From: Eledone cirrhosa
Lineage: Eukaryota
Assembly: GCA_964016885.1 (NCBI GenBank)
Contig: OZ024748.1
Location: 4,712,001-4,776,000 of the forward strand
Direction of reading: 5' to 3'
Length of the DNA stretch: 64,000 nt
This document shows, piece after piece, positions 54,906 through 64,000 of the stretch. Position numbers and translations under genes: made by a program. Numbering within the stretch: position 1 is the stretch's first letter; every line of letters starts with the position of its first letter. Below the pieces are notes generated by a model that was not told where the DNA came from, ran no database searches, and was given only the letters and a program-made list of their open reading frames with translations.

Positions 54906-56416
54906 TATATATATATATACATATATATATACACACATATATATATATATATGATAATACAAAAGGATAAAAAAAAACAAAGTAAAAAACGAGACTACAA
55001 TAACTGACAACAACAACTACAACAACAATAACAGTATCAACAATAGCAACAATAATGGTAAGACAGTTATATATATATATATATATATAACAACAACTAC
55101 TAACTGCAACAAATATTAGTTTATTAGAGAGAAGTTGAATATAAATGGAAGAAGAGAGAGTGAAAGTGAAAGTGATTAAGAGAGAGAGAGGGTGGGGGGG
55201 GGGTGAGAGAGAGTGAGAGAGAGTGAGAGAGAGTGAGAGAGAGTGAGAGAGAGAAGAAGAAAGGAAGTAGAACGACATATTAAAGAAAAGAATGATAGAA
55301 AGGCAGAAAAATAGGAAGAGAGATAGAAAAAAGGTGATGAAAAGAAAGAAAAAGAATCAGTGACAAAGAGAGGAGAGAAAGAGAGGAGGGAAAGAGAGGG
55401 GGGAAAGAAAGATAATAGGAGCGAGAGAGAAAGAGTGGAGAGAAAGAAAGATAATTGGAAAGAGAGAGGGATGCAGAAGAAAGAGCGAAAGAAAAAAAGA
55501 AGAGTATAAGACAAAGTAGAATAAAGATAGAAAGGAAGATGAAAAGAAGGAAAAATAGATGAATAGAAAGAAAGAGAATAGAAGAAGAAAGAAAAGAAAA
55601 GACAGAAGGAAGAGAAGAAAAATAAGGAGCGATTCAAAGAGATGGAATAAAAAGTGAAAGAATATTTATTATCTGGCGATATGTAAGGAGCGTGTTAGAG
55701 TGACTTTGGTGGGAATAAATCATAACTGCCAATCTCCTTCTTTTATACTACCTCTTCTTCTTCTTCTTCTTCTTCTTCTTCTAAACTTATTTTTCTTCTT
55801 TCTCTCCTTCTCCTTCCTCTTCTCATTTTATATTTTTTCTTCTTCTTCATCCTCTTCTTTCCTTCTTCTTCTTCTTCTTCTTCTTCTTCTTCTTCTTCTT
55901 CTTCTTCTTCTTCTTCTTCTTCTTCTTCCAGTTCATACTGTGAGGGAGGAGGTGGTGGTGTTATTGGTGGTGGAGGGGACAGGTTAGGGCCAAAACCATT
56001 TATTTATAGGTTGGCTTTTCTTTTTTCTTGCTCAATTGTCTGTTTGTTTGTCGTTTCTTTTCTTTTCTTTGAATTTTCTTTTATTTTTGTATTATTCATT
56101 TATTTATTTATTTATTTATTTGTTTACTTTCTTTTCTTTTTCTTCTTCTGAAATGTTTGTATGGTGGTGGTGGGGATGTTGCGAGAGAGAGGGGGGAGGG
56201 GGTTAAAGAGATGAAAGAAAACAAAGAAGAAGATGAAGACGATGATGAAGATGAAGAAGAAAGGAAGATATATTTGATAGTTTGCCAGAGAGACCATTGT
56301 AGGCAGACCCACGAGGTGGGACCGGAACACAGACCAGTAGTAATCACAGACGAGAGACAGAAACAGTTGAGATAATATACCAGAAAACGGAACACAAGTG
56401 AAATAATAATAATAAT

Positions 56417-56598
56417 AATTGTTTCTACTTTAGGCACAAGGCCAGCAAATAACCAGTGCATTACTGGTACTTTATTTTATCTACCCCATAAGGATGAAAG
56501 GCAAAGTTAACCTCGGCGGATTTGTACTCAGAATAACAAGGGCCGTAACTCTATGCTGGAAAGCATGGTGTCCGACCCTCTACCGATACTGCCAATCA
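56417..56598 (-). mobile_element. SINE
   Basis: Near-consensus copy flanked by (AAT)n. Confidence 0.9.
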
Positions 56599-57114
56599 AT
56601 AATAATGATAGTAATATTAATAATAATAATTTGCTCTAGGTGTCAGGAAGACAATCGGCAAAACAAAAACAACAACAAAAAAAAACAAAACAAACGGAAA
56701 CTATATTGTAGGAAGAGGAAAAATTAACAATCATAATAATAATCATTCCAGCCAAAATGGTGGACTATTTAGGAATCCATCTATTGATTTTGTCACACAA
56801 TTCAAAGTTGAGGACCAAACCAGCCAGTCATCCTATCCATACCATTTAATATACCAACGATTTCACCTGATTGTCAAACTTTACTATCCAAAGTACAGGA
56901 AGATCTATCTTCTATTTATTGATACCCTCTAAGTGGAAAGATCGATCCAGCATTCCATACCAACCAGTATATAGATGATTATATTTGTTTATCGATCTAT
57001 AGCACTTAAAGTACAGGATAATATCCATCTCTTTACCTACAGCATCCAATGTCGAGGATTGTGCTATACTATACTATACTATACTATACTATACTATACT
57101 ATACTATACTATAC

Positions 57115-57145
<31 letters not shown>

Positions 57146-57163
57146 TCAGAGCCCCAATACTAG

Positions 57164-57213
<50 letters not shown>

Positions 57214-57827
57214 CAATCTATCGATTGCATTCAAGTTAGATGACTGATCCAGCCTCCTAAAACAGAAGATTACCATGAATTTTACAAGTGATCCAATCTA
57301 TCTATTTGTCTATACCAACCAATGTCCAATACCATCAATCTATTCTTGCCAAGCAGACCAGCGTCAATCCAGCGATGTATTTCTCTATATAATCCAACCA
57401 CGAGCAGTGATTCATCCAGTCCACATCATCATCAATATCCTCCAGTATACAAACTATTCCATTTATCTACATCTACCATTGACTATGTAAACTATCCCCC
57501 ACCATTTTTCCATCCTCACCAATTTATAGAGATATACATCGTCTAACTATACATCAATACAACCCAACAACCATCCTTACTTTTCAGATTGTGTCAAAAT
57601 AAAAAAAATAACAATGATAACACGGTGAAGCGGAAATAGACGGTGAAACAGAGTGAAGAAGAAAAAGAGATCATTACAAACCAACTCAAGGAGGTCATTT
57701 TACAGCCAACATTTTATTTTCCACAGTTTGATATTTCTACCAACACAATGTTACTGTTAACTTGATATTTACTTCAATGTAATATATATATATATTTGAT
57801 ATTTCGTAATGTAATATATATATATAT

Positions 57828-59470
57828 ACCAATGTGATATTTCAATCCATGTGTTATTTCTACCAATATGAGATTTCATTTCAAACCATGCGATATTTCT
57901 ACCAATGTGATATTCCTACCAATGTGATATTTTTACCAATGTGATATTTCAATTCATGTGATATTTCTACCAATATGAGATTTTAAACCATGCGTTATTT
58001 CTACAAATGTGGTATTTCTACCAATGTGATATTTCAATTCATGTGATTTTTATACCAATGTGATATTCCTACCAATGTGATATTCCTACCAATGTGATAT
58101 TTCTACCAATGTGATATTTCAATTCATGTGATATTTCTACCGATGTGATATTCCAACCTAGGCCGAGAATTGACAGATTCGTTAGAACGTCAGATAGAAT
58201 GCTTTGGCATATTTCTTCCGGCTTTCTATTTGTTTTCTGAGTTCAAATCCGGCTGAAGTCAACTTTATCTTTCATCCTTTCATCCGTGTGATCGATACCA
58301 GTCCAAAAGTACCAATCCAATACTGGGGTCGATTCTTCCTCCAGGATATCTCATTTCTCCCGTCCCCCTCTACCACTCTTTTACTTTACTCTAGCAAAAA
58401 GTGGCGGTATTCAGATCTGGAGAGGGGTTGGTCTCCTCCAGTTTTAAACAAAATGTCGAAGCAACGCCGTGTGCTACTACAGCACCTCAATCAACCTACC
58501 AGGAGTTACGAATCTAACAACAACAACAACAACAACAAAATTCTACCAACATAATATTTACATCAATGATACTACTAATGTCTTATTTTGCCACGTGATA
58601 TTTCTACCCACGTGATATGTTTACAAATGTATTATTTCAAATCCTGCTGTATGTACATGTAGCGACATTTCAACCAATGGGATATTTCCATTTTCAATCA
58701 GATATCTTCACCTATTTGATAATTCGAGTTATGTGATATTTCTCATAACGTGATATTTTCAACAGTGTGATATTTTTAATATGCCATATATTCCTGTATA
58801 TTATATAAAATATCAACATCACCGTCAAGTTTACATTTATGATGTTTTCCCACACGTGTTATTTACACCAATATAATACTGCCATGAATGTGATATCTTT
58901 ATCTATATGATATTCATATTGCCATCTTCTGATATTCTTATCTACATGATATTGCTATCTATTTGATATCTTTCTCAACATTGATATAAAGATATCAATC
59001 TGACATATTTTCCTATGCGATATATTTACCTACATGATATTGCCATTAATTTGATATCTTCTTCTATGTGATATTATCATCTGCGTTATATTTTCATTTA
59101 TTTTCTTTCACTAATATGATACATCCACGATATGATATTCTGCACAAAGTGATATCCCCATATATGTCTTATTTCCTCCAATATAATACTAACAACAATG
59201 TGATATCTTTATCTATGTGAGATATTGTCATTAATCTGATATCTCCTACTACGTAATATTACCAATTGTTTTGTATTTCTATGTATTTTTCCTCGTCAGT
59301 ATGATACTTTCATCATATGATATAACCCTCTATGTGATATCTCCATCTATGTGTTATTTCCACCAGTGTAATAGTAACAATAATGTGATATCTTTATCTA
59401 TGTGATATTTCAATCCATGTCGTATTTCCACGTATGCGTGATATTTCCCATCAATGCTGATATTCTTTCC
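57828..59470. repeat. 17-bp TGTGATATTTCTACCAA tandem repeat decaying into dispersed TGATAT motifs
   Basis: Clear units at 57828-58150 and degenerate units at 58590-59470. Confidence 0.75.
58160..58515 (+). mobile_element. SINE with extended 3' tail ending in (AAC)n
   Basis: GAGTTCAAATCC, core, then GTATTCAGATCTGGAGAG..CTCCTCCAG. Confidence 0.65.
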
Positions 59471-59587
59471 ATGTGAGGTATTAATCGGTTATCATCTTTC
59501 TGTGGTTGAGTATCCATCTTCTCCCAAGTATCTGATATATTCTGGGAGATACTACAACATCTGAGCTTCTGTTTTGGGACTCATTCT

Positions 59588-60400
59588 ACAGACAAGCAGA
59601 CATACAGACATACAGACATATAGACAGATAGACATATAGACATATAGACATATAGACAGATAGACAAGCAGACATACAGACATATAGACATATAGACAGA
59701 GAGACAAGCAGACATATAGACATATAGACATATAGACAGATAGACAAGCAGACATACAGACAGATAGACAGATAGACAGATAGACAGATAGACATATAGA
59801 CATATAGACATATAGACAGATAGACAGATAGACAGATAGACATATAGACATATAGACATATAGACATATAGACAGATAGACAAGCAGACATACAGACATA
59901 TAGACATATAGACAGAGAGACAAGCAGACATATAGACATATAGACATATAGACAGATAGACAAGCAGACATACAGACAGATAGACAGATAGACAGATAGA
60001 CAGATAGACAGATAGACATATAGACATATAGACATATAGACAGATAGACAGATAGACAAGCAGACATACAGACATATAGACAGATAGACATATAGACAGA
60101 TAGACAGATAGACATATAGACATATAGACAGATAGACAGATAGACAAGCAGACATACAGACATACAGACAGATAGACAAGCAGACATACAGACATATAGA
60201 CATATAGACATATAGACATATAGACAAGCATACATACAGACATATAGACACAGACAGGTAGACAGGTAGACAGGCAGACAGGCAGACAGATAGATAGATA
60301 GACAGACAGATAGACAGAGAGATAGACAGATAGACAGATAGACAGATAGACAGAGAGATAAATAGACAGACAGACAGATAGACAGACAGACAGAGATAGA
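59588..60400. repeat. Octamer-based satellite (TAGACATA/TAGACAGA) with higher-order structure
   Basis: A recurring GACAAGCAGACATACAGAC marker punctuates the array. Confidence 0.92.
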
Positions 60401-60445
60401 GAGAGAGAGAGAGAAGTAAACCCACAGATATGTAGAACGACAGAC

Positions 60446-60525
<80 letters not shown>

Positions 60526-60726
60526 GGTTTAACAAATAGAGAGGTAGGAAAGAGACAGTCATGACAGATAAATAGAATACAGTGAGGCAGGTGGACAGGT
60601 AGACATGTCTAAAGGTAGGTACTTAGGTAAACCGCAGGGACCATTGAAGTTGAAGCTTCTTCAGTTTCCACCAGCCCCACCCCACTTCTTTTATATATTT
60701 ATGTATTTAGTTGCTTACTCAGTAAT

Positions 60727-60772
<46 letters not shown>

Positions 60773-60902
60773 TCATACACACATACATACATATGTAAAC
60801 GTATATATGTATGTATATAAATGGGTATATATATATGTATATATACACATTTATATATATATATGTGGGTGTGTGTGTACATGTCTATGTATATAAGTAT
60901 AT

Positions 60903-60977
<75 letters not shown>

Positions 60978-61037
60978 CATATATGTACATATATATATAT
61001 ATGCATACATATATATATGTGTGTGTATACATATATA

Positions 61038-61075
<38 letters not shown>

Positions 61076-61147
61076 TGTATACATATATAACTATATGCGT
61101 ATATATGTATATAAACTGAGATTTTTCTCGCTTAATTTAAATATATC

Positions 61148-61199
<52 letters not shown>

Positions 61200-61783
61200 G
61201 TTTTATTTGAAAATAAAGCAGAAGAGAAGATTACATGTAATTCGAAGGAATTTACCATTTTGGAAATAACTCAAGGCTATAATATATTTCTGCTAGGATT
61301 AGAATTCTCAATTTAAAAGGAGAAGCCCCCCCCCCCCCTCCTCAAAAGAGCTCATATATAAATATTTGAATTACTGAAAGAAAACCCATTCATTTTTATT
61401 AGGAAGTTGATGTTTTATAAGCAATTTGGAATAAAATTGAATAATAACGGCGTAAATCGGAGAAGTTAACTGAGAATAAAATCCACTATGACAGTTCTGA
61501 ATTAAAAAAAAAAGGGAGGACATTTGGCATATGAAAAAATAAAGGATTAGAGTTAAAACGTTAATGTGGCCCATAGCAGGAAAATAAAGATTGCAAATCT
61601 ATTCGGCTATTTTTTATGTATATATATGTGTGTGTGTATATGTTTGTGAATGTGTGTGTGTTTGTGAGTCTGTGTGAGTGTATATGTATGATTGTCTCAT
61701 TTTCTTAATGTATAATGTATATATATATGTGTGAGTACATATGATTTCATATGTGTCAAAGTATGCAGCATATATATATAAAT

Positions 61784-61902
<119 letters not shown>

Positions 61903-61998
61903 CATGTATATATATGTGTGTGTGTGTGTACATAAAAAAGAAAGATACAGATAGATAGACAGGTAAGTAGATGGATTGAGAGAGAGAGAGAGAGAGAT

Positions 61999-62035
<37 letters not shown>

Positions 62036-62423
62036 TTGGAAATTGTTTTGCAAGATATCTAAACTGAAAACGTGTGTTGAATCAGATATTGTTATACTTT
62101 GGTTTGGGAGGGTTATGCTGCCAACTAGTGAAAGTAGATAAATAAATAAATAAATAAAACACACACCCGGATGTAACGCATGCGCAAACTAACCACACAA
62201 CACAACCACAAAAACAAAATGCTGTAGGACAGGGCAAAGGAAACACATAAAATAAAAGCTAGTCACTGAGGAGGTCACAGAATGTGTGATGAAAGAGCTT
62301 TGACATTATATAAACAAATATGTAGTTATCGACCTAACCAACCAAGCGGAAATTTATAATAAATTGAAGTGAAAACTAACAGGTGCGTGTGTTTTTATTG
62401 GCAGCATGACCCTCCCAAAGTAT

Positions 62424-62489
<66 letters not shown>

Positions 62490-62599
62490 GTATGTATACG
62501 TACATACATATATGTATTCAGACGTACAGTAGTATGTATATATTTAAGTAACAGACGTACTAAGAGTGAGAAATAAAATTTCGTTTCATATTTCCCCTT

Positions 62600-62630
<31 letters not shown>

Positions 62631-62851
62631 GCGTGTATGTGAGAGTACCTGTCTATTTGTATTATACATACACACACATTGATTTCAATTTTATATGCTT
62701 GTAATCACCTTATTTCATATAAGTTTGTGTAAGTGCGGGAATGTGTGTGTGTCTGTGTGTACGTACTGGAGTAACTAAACTGTCTATATATATCTACGTA
62801 CCTATGTGTATATATCTCCAGTCTTATTCTTTGTCAGTGTAAATGCAAAAC

Positions 62852-62896
<45 letters not shown>

Positions 62897-62953
62897 GTTT
62901 ATGTATGTATCATTCTCTTTCTCTAAATCTATCTCGCCCTTCCCTCTGACTCT

Positions 62954-63015
<62 letters not shown>

Positions 63016-63075
63016 ATGGTGTAACCATTCGTCCTTGTTTTATTTTATTATATATATATATACATATATATAAAC

Positions 63076-63121
<46 letters not shown>

Positions 63122-63184
63122 ATATATATAGACACGTGCACATATATATATATATACATATATATACACACATATATATATATA

Positions 63185-63340
63185 TACCCACTCTACTACC
63201 CTAAGTATTGAGTACTCTGGTGCGTTATGGTCCATCTGATTCCTTACCACAATTCCTTCGTTATATATATATTAAAATAACAGATTAAAGTTTAAGCAAA
63301 GAATCGCTGCTTTCACCGTTAATGGAATCTTCTGAAAACT
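63185..63340. mobile_element. Family A 3' fragment (63185-63263 +) tail-to-tail with a family E copy (63271-63340 -)
   Basis: ACCCACTCTACTACCCTAAGTATTGAGTACTCTGG..CCTTCGTTATATA. Minus strand AGTTTT-CAGAAGA..GAAAGCAGCGATTCTTTGCTT-AAACT. Confidence 0.7.
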
Positions 63341-63786
63341 GAGTACGTATATATATATATATATATACGTATATTTATATGTATATATACGTAATATATG
63401 TATATATATATACGTAATATATGTATATATATACGTACATATATGTATATATATACGTACATATATGTATATATATACGTACATATATGTATATATATAT
63501 ACGTACACCTATGCATATATATACGTACATAATGTACGTATATATATATACGTATATGTACGTATATATATACGTACATTATACGTATATATATATATAT
63601 ATATATATATATGAATGTACGTATAGTATATTTGATAATATACTGTATATTTATTTTAAAACAACTGAAAGACCATGCGCTTTGCAGTTTAAAGTAGTGA
63701 GTACGTCACGTACTAAGGCAAAGGGTAACAATCAACAGTTGTACTGTTTCTCACTTGCAAGCAGTTGTCAATTATGCATACATATT

Positions 63787-63870
<84 letters not shown>

Positions 63871-64000
63871 AATATATTTATATATATATTTAAAAATATT
63901 TAAATATATATTTAAATATATTTAAATATATATCTTTATATACATTTAAATGCATATAATATATTTTAATAAATTTAAATACATATGTGTATTTAAATAT

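Noticed and set aside
60640-60670. CTGAAGA on the minus strand (also CTGACGA at ~1320 minus and ~9924 plus) as HHR cores
   Set aside because: No appropriately placed helix II plus GAAA plus UH.

Overview
Eukaryotic, very AT-rich, microsatellite-saturated intronic or intergenic DNA. The tRNA-headed SINEs and dense (TA)n/(CA)n/(GA)n/(CATA)n/(TTA)n tracts suggest a cephalopod such as Octopus (inference from recalled repeat families). No intact host protein-coding gene was found, and almost all listed ORFs are microsatellite translations. Recognisable content: about 20 copies of one tRNA-derived SINE plus a CORE-type SINE; decayed LINE fragments (R4/Dong-like RLE, a second RLE family, CR1, RTE); a Penelope-like GIY-YIG fragment; TA-flanked MITEs; a non-autonomous Helitron; and a 3.2-kb 28/33-bp minisatellite. 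The main unexplained signal is that many short non-coding islands in or next to microsatellites, mostly (TA)n, carry type I hammerhead-ribozyme (HHR) motifs (CUGAnGA...GAAA...UH). They fall into at least seven sequence families, often as head-to-head palindromes whose junction lies at the ribozyme core. One copy (33676-33763, minus strand) folds by eye into a complete hammerhead. This points to a diverse set of non-autonomous Penelope pLTR or retrozyme-like elements. All folding and alignment was done by eye, and boundaries are approximate unless termini or TSDs are quoted.
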